The notes beneath the pieces were generated by a model that had not been told where the DNA came from, searched no databases, and was given only the letters and a program-made list of their open reading frames with translations. The translations under genes and the position numbers were made by a program. Below, one piece after another: positions 9,016 to 16,741 of a stretch of DNA of 64,000 nucleotides; the first letter of the stretch is position 1, and the number at the start of each line of letters is the position of its first letter. Origin of the DNA: a virus; IMG/VR virus record IMGVR_UViG_3300031456_000001, positions 1 through 64,000 of that record; one strand, 5' to 3'.

Positions 9016-9207
9016 CTACTCGGCGCGATGCCGGCCGGGGGCCTGGCTGCCGGTGCGCAGGTCGTTGACCGCGGCCCGGTGCCCGCCCATGAGCGCGGCG
9101 TGCTTGGCGCCGTCCGGTTTGGAGCTGTCGCGCACGTTGCCGTTGCCACCCTGCGCCGAACCCCGACCATTGCCGCCGCTGCCGCCGTCGCTCTTCGATC
9201 CGAACAC
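9016..9207 (-). CDS. small Gly-rich hypothetical protein inside the RNA cluster
   Basis: AGGAGG RBS before GTG; coding-like codon usage. Confidence 0.5.
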   Translation of the reverse strand: MFGSKSDGGSGGNGRGSAQGGNGNVRDSSKPDGAKHAALMGGHRAAVNDLRTGSQAPGRHRAE

Positions 9208-9272
9208 GTCGATCCTCCTGTTGTGGTGGGCGGTGCCCGGCCAGCACCGCCTTGCGCGGCCGGGCCTGTGCG

Positions 9273-9347
9273 TAGCGGGAGCCAGATTCGAACTGGCGCA
9301 TGCATGGCTTATGAGGCCACCGACCTACCAGGCTGGTCTATCCCGCT
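9273..9347 (-). tRNA. tRNA-Met(CAT) (or Ile2)
   Basis: cloverleaf, acceptor AGCGGGA/TCCCGCT, anticodon loop CT-CAT-AA, T arm GCCAG-TTCGAAT-CTGGC. Confidence 0.8.
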
Positions 9348-9423
9348 GCACGCCCGCCGCGTGCCGCCGTTCGACGGCACCGCGGGCACTCAGTTTAGGG
9401 CCGTTGAGCAGTCAGGCCATGCG

Positions 9424-9495
9424 TGCCATCCGTCCGGATTCGAACCGTACTGGCGCGGGCCCCGGGGCTCGCGTCGCTCACCAGTGCGCGGAGGC
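9424..9495 (-). ncRNA. degenerate tRNA-like RNA
   Basis: T loop CGG-TTCGAAT-CCG, bulged acceptor GCCTCCG/CGGATGGC, no canonical anticodon loop. Confidence 0.45.
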
Positions 9496-9696
9496 ATCGA
9501 TCAATGTAGTTGTCAACGTACGATCGCATCCGGCCGTCCGCCGGGCGGGTGGGCGTTCCGGGTCGACCGGTTTGAACCCCGCCCGCCCGGCGGTTTCCAC
9601 CAGGCGAGGCTTGCGCCTTGCGGTGCACGGCGGGGCGGGACCCGGAAAAATCGGCCTTCGCCACTCATTGCCCGGGGTTTGCGCCCCGCCGTACGC

Positions 9697-9783
9697 ATCG
9701 GATGCCCGAATCGAACGGACCTTCACCCGCTTCGCCCCGACTGACGTCAGGAGGGATGAGCATCACCAGAGTTGCCAATCCGA
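9697..9783 (-). ncRNA. tRNA-like RNA with expanded anticodon region
   Basis: T arm GTCCG-TTCGATT-CGGGC, acceptor TCGGAT/ATCCGA, stem TCATCC/GGGTGA enclosing about 25 nt. Confidence 0.45.
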
Positions 9784-9927
9784 CCGACCGGGCTGCAGTC
9801 CCGACCGTTGCCTTGCTGTCCGGCAGAACCCTGCGCCACTGGCGCCGCACCTCTGGCCCCGAAGGGCACGGGATGCGGTAGCACGGGGTGTAGCGGTTCC
9901 GACCGGCCTTGCCTTACGAGAGAAACA

Positions 9928-10440
9928 CTACGCGCCTGTCACGTCGCGTGTCAAGTCCGAGTTTCCGACGGTGCGGAACCCCAGGTCAACGACCTCGTAC
10001 AGCACCTTGCGCACCCGCTCCGACCCCGTCTTCCCCGGGCTGAGGCGCCACAGCTTCGCCACCGGCTCCCGGGCCTCCAGGCTGACCACGAGGTGCAACA
10101 GCGCCTCGTCGGCCGCGTAGGTGATGTCGAGATCACTCGGCGCCGCGTTCGAACGCACGTGCGAGTGGCACATGATCCACGGGCACCGGCCCTGTTCTTC
10201 GAGCGCCAGCCACGTGGCCAGCAGCTCGACGTCGTCGGCCTCGTAGCGCAGGGCGGGGAAGTCGCTGACGTTGCGCAGCGGCGCCCAGTGGTCGCAGGCC
10301 CGGCCGGTGCCGCCGCAGTCCGGGCAGTGCCGCTGGCCGCACGTGGTCAGCGGCCCGGCGAGCACGCCGACGCCTTCTTTCGGCGCCGACGCCACCATGT
10401 GTTCGATCATCTGTTCGAACGCCTGCCGGTCGATGATCAT
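9928..10440 (-). CDS. JAB/MPN (Mov34, M67) metalloprotease
   Basis: PKEGVGVLAG catalytic Glu motif and JAMM motif HSHxxxxxxPSxxD (HSHVRSNAAPSDLD); contains a Cys-rich insert CGQRHCPDC. Confidence 0.88.
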   Translation of the reverse strand: MIIDRQAFEQMIEHMVASAPKEGVGVLAGPLTTCGQRHCPDCGGTGRACDHWAPLRNVSDFPALRYEADDVELLATWLALEEQGRCPWIMCHSHVRSNAAPSDLDITYAADEALLHLVVSLEAREPVAKLWRLSPGKTGSERVRKVLYEVVDLGFRTVGNSDLTRDVTGA

Positions 10441-10691
10441 CCGTTGCGCTCCCGTCGCTCGGCCTCCAGCGCGTCACCGGCGTCAAGGCGCTGCCGGGCG
10501 GCGTCGATCTGCTCCTGCAGGTCGGACATCGCGTCCCTGAGCGCTGCCACATGCTGCAGAAGGTCCCGGAGGGGCGGCACGAGGGACCTGACCGCTTCGG
10601 CGAGCTTCTCGGCACCGGAGCCCGGCTCCGCAGTGGTCCACACCTGACTGGCCTTGCGGTCGGCGTCGTCGAGGGCGTACTCGGCGCTCAC
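10437..10691 (-). CDS. small coiled-coil hypothetical protein
   Basis: GTG 10691 overlapping the upstream stop; heptad pattern. Confidence 0.55.
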   Translation of the reverse strand: MSAEYALDDADRKASQVWTTAEPGSGAEKLAEAVRSLVPPLRDLLQHVAALRDAMSDLQEQIDAARQRLDAGDALEAERRERNG

Positions 10692-11806
10692 TCGTCGGGG
10701 CTTTCGACGAGCACCCGCCGGGGCAGGCCCAGCGTGTGGCCGCCGTCGGTGACGCACAGGGCGTGGTCGGGGGTGGCGGACACGATCCGGCCGGTGGCCT
10801 GCAGCACGACGTCGGCGCCGGCGTTGACGCCTTCCCGGTCGTCGGCCGCGGTGGACGCCTCCCACCAGCCGAACTTGGACACGAACTGTTGCAGCTCGGG
10901 CACCCACACGGCGTTGCCGAGGTCGTGGCCGACGAGCCGCACCGTGAACCGCAGCCGGGCCGGCTGCGGCGTGTACGCCTGCGCGGCCTCCTGGACGATG
11001 TTGCGGGCCTCGTCGAGGTCGACGGGGATACGCGGGTGGAGGTGCAGTTCGGCGGCCTGCAGGGCCATGGCGGCCTCGGCGATGCCGCGCAGGACGAACG
11101 CCGACCCGACTTGGTACAGGGCCCGGTCCTCCATCTCCTCGACGCTGAGGTCACGCTCGCCGGTCGGCGGGGCAAGCATGGCGTCGGCCTGGCGGACGCG
11201 GAGGAGGGCGTTGGCGAGGATGCCGGCCGGGTCGGCGAGCTGGTCGAGGATGCCGTTGAACATCTCCTGTTCGGCGATCCCCGTGGTGGCGTTGTCGGGG
11301 TCGACGTAGCCGCCTGCGGTCGGGGTTTCCAGCATGTCGAGTTCCTCCTGGTCGGTGGTCGTGGGGTAGGTGCTGCGCCCGCGGTACTCGGCGAGAAGCC
11401 GCTGCAGCCGGTTCGTCTCGCCCTGCATGTAGGTGCGGGCGGTGGCGAGTGCGGCAATGGCGGCATCGACGGGGTTGCCGTCGGTCTGGATGATGGTTTC
11501 GGCCATGCCGTGGTTGGCCATCCAGGCGGAGAGGCGTTCGATCTCGGTGCCGTCGCGGCGCATCGCCCGGTAGGTGGCGTTGGTGACGAGGGTGGCGTTG
11601 CCGACGGCCTGCAGGGCGCCGATGACGTCGGCGATGACCTGACGCCCGGCGAGACCGCCGAACAGGTCGCCGTCGTTCCAGGTGGCGTAGGTGCGGCCCA
11701 GCCAGTCGTGGAGCTTGGCGGTGTCGATGAGCTGCTCGCCCGGGTCGTCATATTCGGGCAGGGTTTCGCCGGTGGGGAGCCGGCTCCCGGTCTGCGGGGT
11801 GGTCAT
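10688..11806 (-). CDS. hypothetical protein
   Basis: ATG 11806 overlapping the upstream stop; coding-like codon usage. Confidence 0.65.
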   Translation of the reverse strand: MTTPQTGSRLPTGETLPEYDDPGEQLIDTAKLHDWLGRTYATWNDGDLFGGLAGRQVIADVIGALQAVGNATLVTNATYRAMRRDGTEIERLSAWMANHGMAETIIQTDGNPVDAAIAALATARTYMQGETNRLQRLLAEYRGRSTYPTTTDQEELDMLETPTAGGYVDPDNATTGIAEQEMFNGILDQLADPAGILANALLRVRQADAMLAPPTGERDLSVEEMEDRALYQVGSAFVLRGIAEAAMALQAAELHLHPRIPVDLDEARNIVQEAAQAYTPQPARLRFTVRLVGHDLGNAVWVPELQQFVSKFGWWEASTAADDREGVNAGADVVLQATGRIVSATPDHALCVTDGGHTLGLPRRVLVESPDE

Positions 11807-12159
11807 GCGATCGGCCCGTTGATGTTGAAGCCGGGCATCGCCTGCTCGCGGAGCTTCGGCCGCTCGGCCGTGTCGGCCGGACCCACGTAGCTGAACGCGC
11901 TGACGTGCACCCACAGGAACCAGGTGCCCTCTTCGGAGCGGGTGGCGGACTGCTGGGCGACGTGGGCGTTGACCGCGTTCGCACACACCCGCTCGGGGAT
12001 GAACGGGTCCGGGATCTGCTCGGCCGGGAAGTTGAAGCCCATCTTGACGGTCAACTGGTCGCCGGTGTCCAGCAACACCACCAACAGATATTCACGTCCA
12101 GGAATGTACATCTCGCCGGGTGGTCGGCGGCCGTTGCCGAGGATCGGGATGTCGGGCAT
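11803..12159 (-). CDS. hypothetical protein
   Basis: AAGGAG RBS immediately after repeat tract A. Confidence 0.65.
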   Translation of the reverse strand: MPDIPILGNGRRPPGEMYIPGREYLLVVLLDTGDQLTVKMGFNFPAEQIPDPFIPERVCANAVNAHVAQQSATRSEEGTWFLWVHVSAFSYVGPADTAERPKLREQAMPGFNINGPIA

Positions 12160-12175
12160 ACGGTGCTGCTCCTTC

Positions 12176-12480
12176 GTGGTGGATGGGCCGAGCGTGGCTT
12201 GTCGAAGCGTGCCGGGCCGCGCGGGGTGGAACCGGGGGCGGGGTGGGGCGAACGGGGGATGGGTCGTCGCGGGGGACGGGGGATGGGTCGTCGCGGGGGT
12301 ACGTCGGGGAATGTCGGCGGGTGGGGTCCATGACGGGTCCAGGGGGGTCGTAACGGGGCGTCATGATCGGACAGGTTCGGGTGGAGGCGCACGGATCGTC
12401 GTTGCATCGAGGCTTGTCGACATGACGGGTAACGGCCTGGGAGCGTGGAGCAGCGTCGTGCGGGTCGACGGGTGGGCGTT
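12176..12480 (-). repeat. CGAC-(pentamer)n periodic tract A
   Basis: about 10 CGAC motifs separated by C-ending 5-mers on the - strand; exact duplication CGCGACGACCCATCCCCCGT. Confidence 0.8.
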
Positions 12481-12484
12481 GCGG

Positions 12485-12514
12485 AGTCTGGCAGAAACAC
12501 GCTGATGTGTGCAA
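12485..12514 (-). promoter_or_regulatory. sigma70-type promoter driving tract A
   Basis: TTGCAC-N18-CAGACT, predicted start at about 12480. Confidence 0.5.
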
Positions 12515-12621
12515 CCCCAGGTAGGCCGTTCTGTTGCGGTTCGCGGGTTTTGTGATACGACTTTCCGCCAGGAGGGGCAGTGGGGTTTGACGATGGCCCG
12601 CGCCGTGGTGCACAGTCGCTG

Positions 12622-12675
12622 CGACTAACCGCACCTGATCTCACCTAGCCGGCACCCCGGCACATCCCCCATCAC
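12622..12675 (+). repeat. CGAC-(pentamer)n tract in the RAMP gene leader
   Basis: CGAC TAACC GCACC TGATC TCACC TAGCC GGCAC CCCGG CACAT CCCCC ATCAC, then GGAGAG RBS. Confidence 0.8.
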
Positions 12676-12690
12676 GGAGAGTAGGCACAC

Positions 12691-13569
12691 ATGGCAGCAC
12701 CAGCCCAGACCGCGGTCAAGCCGGTCAGTCCGGCGCCGGTCGCCGCGCCGGCACCGGCGCCGACGCGTTCCGTCTTCGACGGCGCCCGCAACAAGATCTT
12801 CTGCCATCGGTTCGACGTCGAGCTGACCGTTGAGCAGCTCGTCGGCGGTACCCCCACGGACCGCAACGTCGCCGCCGGGTGGATCCGCACGAAGATGGGC
12901 CTCACCTCCGAGGACGCCATCTCGGCGCAGGTCGAGGAGGTCATGAAGGCCCGCGGAGTGACCGCCGACCAGGCGGTGGAGCAGGTGGCCCGCAACCGGA
13001 ACCTGTCCGGGTTCAAGCGGGACTTCACGACGCCGATCGCCCGGAACACGCAGCGCCTGGCGTCGACCCGCGGGGTGAAGGTGCTGCAGGCCGACGGCGA
13101 AACCTACGCGCACCGGGTGTTCGCGCCGGAGGAGGCGGAGGTCACGTTCGGCGAGCTGTACATCGAGGGTCGCCAGATCAAGGCGATGTTGAAGGAGAAC
13201 GCCATGATCGCGGTGGCGTCCGGCGGTATCGAGGGCAAGGGCTGGGGGGCGACGCGGAAGGGGATGCTCAACTTCCTGGTGGAGCACCTGTTCGTCGAGG
13301 AGAACGTGATCCTGCTCGGGGTCACTGACCCGGATTTCGTCAACCAGTCGTTCGTCCACACGTTCCGCGGTTCGGGGATCAAGCTGGAGGAGGTGGCCCG
13401 GGATGTGGTGTTGTCGTTCACGCTGGTCGCGGACTTCGACTTCACGGAGAAGGACAAGGACTTCTTCGAGCAGGTGATGGTGCGGGCCGAGTACAACGGT
13501 CTGGGCGCGAGCCGTTCGCAGGGGTTCGGGAAGTTCAAGACGACGCGGTTCGAGCAGCTGCCGGCGTAG
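12691..13569 (+). CDS. stand-alone Cas7/Csm3-like RAMP superfamily protein
   Basis: first strand RFDVELTVEQLVGG, LYIEGRQIKAMLKE resembling the RAMP IPGSSxKGxxR helix motif, C-terminal G-rich loop GLGASRSQGFGKF; good RBS and codon usage. Confidence 0.8.
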   Translation: MAAPAQTAVKPVSPAPVAAPAPAPTRSVFDGARNKIFCHRFDVELTVEQLVGGTPTDRNVAAGWIRTKMGLTSEDAISAQVEEVMKARGVTADQAVEQVARNRNLSGFKRDFTTPIARNTQRLASTRGVKVLQADGETYAHRVFAPEEAEVTFGELYIEGRQIKAMLKENAMIAVASGGIEGKGWGATRKGMLNFLVEHLFVEENVILLGVTDPDFVNQSFVHTFRGSGIKLEEVARDVVLSFTLVADFDFTEKDKDFFEQVMVRAEYNGLGASRSQGFGKFKTTRFEQLPA

Positions 13570-13598
13570 GCTGGCGGCGAACAGGCTCCCTGCGACCG

Positions 13599-13638
13599 AC
13601 AGCACCGCCCCCGAGCTTCGGCCCGGGGGCGGTGCTGT
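13599..13638. terminator. strong hairpin, likely bidirectional terminator
   Basis: ACAGCACCGCCCCCG...CGGGGGCGGTGCTGT between convergent genes. Confidence 0.75.
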
Positions 13639-13647
13639 TGTCTGCAA

Positions 13648-14166
13648 CTATTCGGCGATGGTGTGCAGCGACAGGCCGGCGGTGCCCTGGAAGACCTCGG
13701 TGCGCTTCCCGCCGCGGGTCCGGGCGGTCGGCCGGGCGGCGATGTAGCCCTTCGTCGATCCGGGCTTGCTGGCCTGCACGTGGATGTTGATCTCGGCCCG
13801 GTGACCCTCGGGGTATCCGAGGGTGTATTGCCACTGCTTGCCGGCGGCCACCTGCATGCCGGTCTTGCCGGTCGCGTCGAACGGGGAGTCGGTGAGGTTG
13901 GTCGAGCTGCCGGTGTTGAGGTCGATGGCCGTGGCCGAGACCCGGTAGGGGCCGTACTCCGGCTCCAGCCAGGCGGACAGCGCGATGACGTAGAGGCCGG
14001 GCAGATCGCCCTTCACGGTGTACTCGGCGGGCGGCTCGTCGGCGCCGCGGGTCTTGGCCGGCGCAGGAAACGGGTCGTCCTTCGAGCTGCTCGCACCTTC
14101 GCACTTGGCGCCGGTCAAAGTGGTCAGGCCCAGCAGGCTTGCGATGATCAGTGTGCGGCGGTTCAT
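13648..14166 (-). CDS. putative lipoprotein or secreted protein
   Basis: GAGGAGG RBS; MNRRTLIIASLLGLTTLTGAKC signal peptide ending in Cys. Confidence 0.7.
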   Translation of the reverse strand: MNRRTLIIASLLGLTTLTGAKCEGASSSKDDPFPAPAKTRGADEPPAEYTVKGDLPGLYVIALSAWLEPEYGPYRVSATAIDLNTGSSTNLTDSPFDATGKTGMQVAAGKQWQYTLGYPEGHRAEINIHVQASKPGSTKGYIAARPTARTRGGKRTEVFQGTAGLSLHTIAE

Positions 14167-14228
14167 GATCCTCCTCGTGGTGTTTGTCACGTCGTGTGAC
14201 ACATAGACCCTACCACATGGTTCGCGGA

Positions 14229-14966
14229 TCACAGGTAGTCGATGCCGCAGGTCTGACACACCATGCCGACCGTCTCGCGAGTCGGCCCCGAGCATGTCGG
14301 GCACGGCCGCGCGGCCTGCAGTTCCTCGATGCGCTTCTGCTTCAGCCGGTTGGTCTCCAGCAGGCGCGCGACCTCGGCGCGGGTCTCGTCGCGCTCGTCG
14401 CGGATCTTGATCGTTAGGGCATCACGCTCATTCATCCGATCCTGCATGCTGGCCAGCGTCGGCAGTACGCCACTGGGCCGATCCACGATCAGCTCGGCCA
14501 TGACCTGCGCGATGAGGTCGGGCTGCTGCGGCGTGCCGTGGAACGCGTCGGGGCACAGGCCGGTGATCTCGCCGCCGCCGCCGACCGCCGGATGCATGCT
14601 CGGCTGCGGGCTGTCGCAGGTCGGGCAGCGCAGTGGGTCGCACTCCGGCGTGGGGTCGCCGCCGACGAGCAGCGGGCGCCACGGGGCATTACCGCCGTCC
14701 GCCGGGCACACTCCGGGCTCATCCGGCGCCCACTCGGCGTGCACCACGTACCCGCACCGGTCGTGCTGCCACAGCGGCAGGTCCGACTCGTCGCGCGCCT
14801 GTACGGGCTGCTGTGCCACGAGGGCAGCGATCCCACGCGAGACGTTGGCAAACAGCATTTCGGCTTCGCGGCTGCGGGGTTCCCGGGTGCTGCCCCCGTC
14901 TTCGCGCTCCCGCAGGCCGTACTCCTGCACGAGTTTGATCAGGTTGTCGATATAACTCACTGTCAA
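14229..14966 (-). CDS. hypothetical protein with Cys pairs and coiled coil
   Basis: CPTC motifs and a C-terminal zinc ribbon. Confidence 0.6.
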   Translation of the reverse strand: MTVSYIDNLIKLVQEYGLREREDGGSTREPRSREAEMLFANVSRGIAALVAQQPVQARDESDLPLWQHDRCGYVVHAEWAPDEPGVCPADGGNAPWRPLLVGGDPTPECDPLRCPTCDSPQPSMHPAVGGGGEITGLCPDAFHGTPQQPDLIAQVMAELIVDRPSGVLPTLASMQDRMNERDALTIKIRDERDETRAEVARLLETNRLKQKRIEELQAARPCPTCSGPTRETVGMVCQTCGIDYL

Positions 14967-14986
14967 TCCCCTTCCGTGGTGGACGA

Positions 14987-15676
14987 TCAGGCAGCAGACG
15001 GGTAGCGGTCACGCCACACGCCGCTACCGTCCTGGTACATCAACGGTTCCCCCGTGTCGCAGTCCACAATGGACCACGGGCTACGGCACGGCACCGTCCA
15101 CTTGCGACGGTGCACAGACGCGGTAGCCACGTTTGCAAAGTCTCCATGGCAGTCCGTGCAGTGCGTCACCACACTGCGCTTGTCCTTCGCATAGGACAGT
15201 TCGCAGCCGCAGGTCAACTCCTCCGGCGCCCAGCGGGCCACGAACGGCTTGCGCTCCCGCGACGGGTCCGGCCCCCACGGCTCCCCGTCGTCGTCGGGCA
15301 GCCAGTCGGCGGCCTCGTGCGGGGCGTGCCAGCCGGCGGGCTCGTCGGGGATCTCGAACGGCGGCGCCTCCGGGTCGGGCAGCACGGTGACGGCGGTGGC
15401 GTAGAGCACGTTGGCGCTGTGGTGGGCGCAGCAGTCGCCGGGGCGGCCGGCGCGGGTGCCGTTCCAGCAGGGGCAGCGGGAGCGGGCCTGCCCGGTGCCT
15501 TTCTTGATCCACCAGCATTTGCCGTCGGACCAGGCGGGCGCGTCGGCGCGGGTTTCGACGCACCGGCACGGGTGCGGCAGGCAGCCGGGGGTGCCGGCGG
15601 CCAGCCATATGCCGCAGGTGCCGGTGCAGTCGTCGGCGTGGGCCAGCTCGACCACGGGCGCGGTCACCGCAGACAC
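14987..15676 (-). CDS. Cys-rich putative zinc-binding protein
   Basis: multiple Cys/His clusters including HCTDCHGDF...VHR. Confidence 0.6.
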   Translation of the reverse strand: MSAVTAPVVELAHADDCTGTCGIWLAAGTPGCLPHPCRCVETRADAPAWSDGKCWWIKKGTGQARSRCPCWNGTRAGRPGDCCAHHSANVLYATAVTVLPDPEAPPFEIPDEPAGWHAPHEAADWLPDDDGEPWGPDPSRERKPFVARWAPEELTCGCELSYAKDKRSVVTHCTDCHGDFANVATASVHRRKWTVPCRSPWSIVDCDTGEPLMYQDGSGVWRDRYPSAA

Positions 15677-16504
15677 TCCCCGCAGACGCAGTCCGGCCCG
15701 TGCGGATCTGGAGATTCGATGCCCGACGGCGCGGCCGGGCGCCGCTGGACGACATGTTCCCTGGCCAGCCTGGCCGCCTTGCGTTCGTATGCGACACCCT
15801 TGTTGTGCCGGTCGATGCCGAGGTCGTGCGCGCGCAGCTTGTGGCGCCGGTAGCGGTTCACGAACCGACCTCCTCGTCCGCCTCGGTGCCGATCTCGGCG
15901 GCGACCTCCTTCACATGCTCCTCGTGGTGCTCACAGGTGATGCTCGTGCCGCCGTGCTCGTCCACGACCAGGTAGAAGTTTCGGCGACCACAATGCCAGC
16001 ACACGAGATCGAAGCCCGTCACGACAGCCGCCCCCGGACCCGTACGCCCGGCCCGAACACGCCGACCATGACGACGATCCGCGCCCTCATGACCTCGTAG
16101 TCGTCCACATCGACACAGGCCGTACAGCAGCGCCAGAAGCGCCGCCGCAGCCACTTGGTGCGGCCTTGCGTGACATACGGCAGACGCCGATCCGGCTCGA
16201 CCTCGGCAAGCCGACGACACAGGCGTTCGGCGTCGGCGTCACCGTAGGCGATCAACTCCAGCAGGATCATGACGGCCGCCGCTGCGCCGGCACGGACAGC
16301 GGGTTGGCCGCGGTGCGCCGTGCGTAAGGCCCGAAGCCGCACAACGCGGCGACCGCGCACCCCAGGCCGTACAGCACGGCCCAGACGAACAGAATGAGGA
16401 CGTACAGCGCGGCGAGCAGCGCGAACACCAGCACGCCGACCGGGTTCCATCTCATCCCCACATTGTCACACGGCGTGTCATGCCGCGCAATGGCGGGGCG
16501 CCGG

Positions 16505-16741
16505 TCAGACGCCGGGCGTGAACGTGATCATGACGGGCTCGCCGGGCTCGAAACGGTCGGCGACCGCGGCGAGCACGTTGACCTCCACCGCGGCGGCCGG
16601 GGTGCCCTTCGCCCAGGCGGCGTTAGCGCCCTCGGTGTAGTCGGGCTGGAACGTAACCGCCCACTGGTCGGGGTCCTGCGTCTGCAGTTTCGCCGCGACG
16701 TGCGCCTGGACGGTGAATGCGGGCTTCGCGGTGGCCATCAT
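16505..16741 (-). CDS. small hypothetical protein
   Basis: RBS GAGAGGGG; sequence NAAWAKGTP...FEPG...ITFTP. Confidence 0.65.
   Translation of the reverse strand: MMATAKPAFTVQAHVAAKLQTQDPDQWAVTFQPDYTEGANAAWAKGTPAAAVEVNVLAAVADRFEPGEPVMITFTPGV

Noticed and set aside
9697-9783. tRNA-Sec, tmRNA or intron-containing tRNA
   Set aside because: No TCA anticodon, no tag ORF or tmRNA length, and no clear intron boundaries; kept only as tRNA-like.
7941-10120. Long ORFs over the tRNA-like cluster
   Set aside because: They overlap tRNA and structured RNA elements and lack coding-like codon usage.
12051-12644. ORFs of 140-200 aa spanning tract A
   Set aside because: Pro/Arg/Gly low-complexity translations in several frames with no RBS or codon bias; better explained by stop-poor periodic DNA.
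12176-13638. Canonical CRISPR array or CRISPR-Cas locus around the Cas7-like gene
   Set aside because: No identical 25-40 bp repeats with unique spacers and no other cas genes; the only constant elements are CGAC and a 5-nt periodicity.
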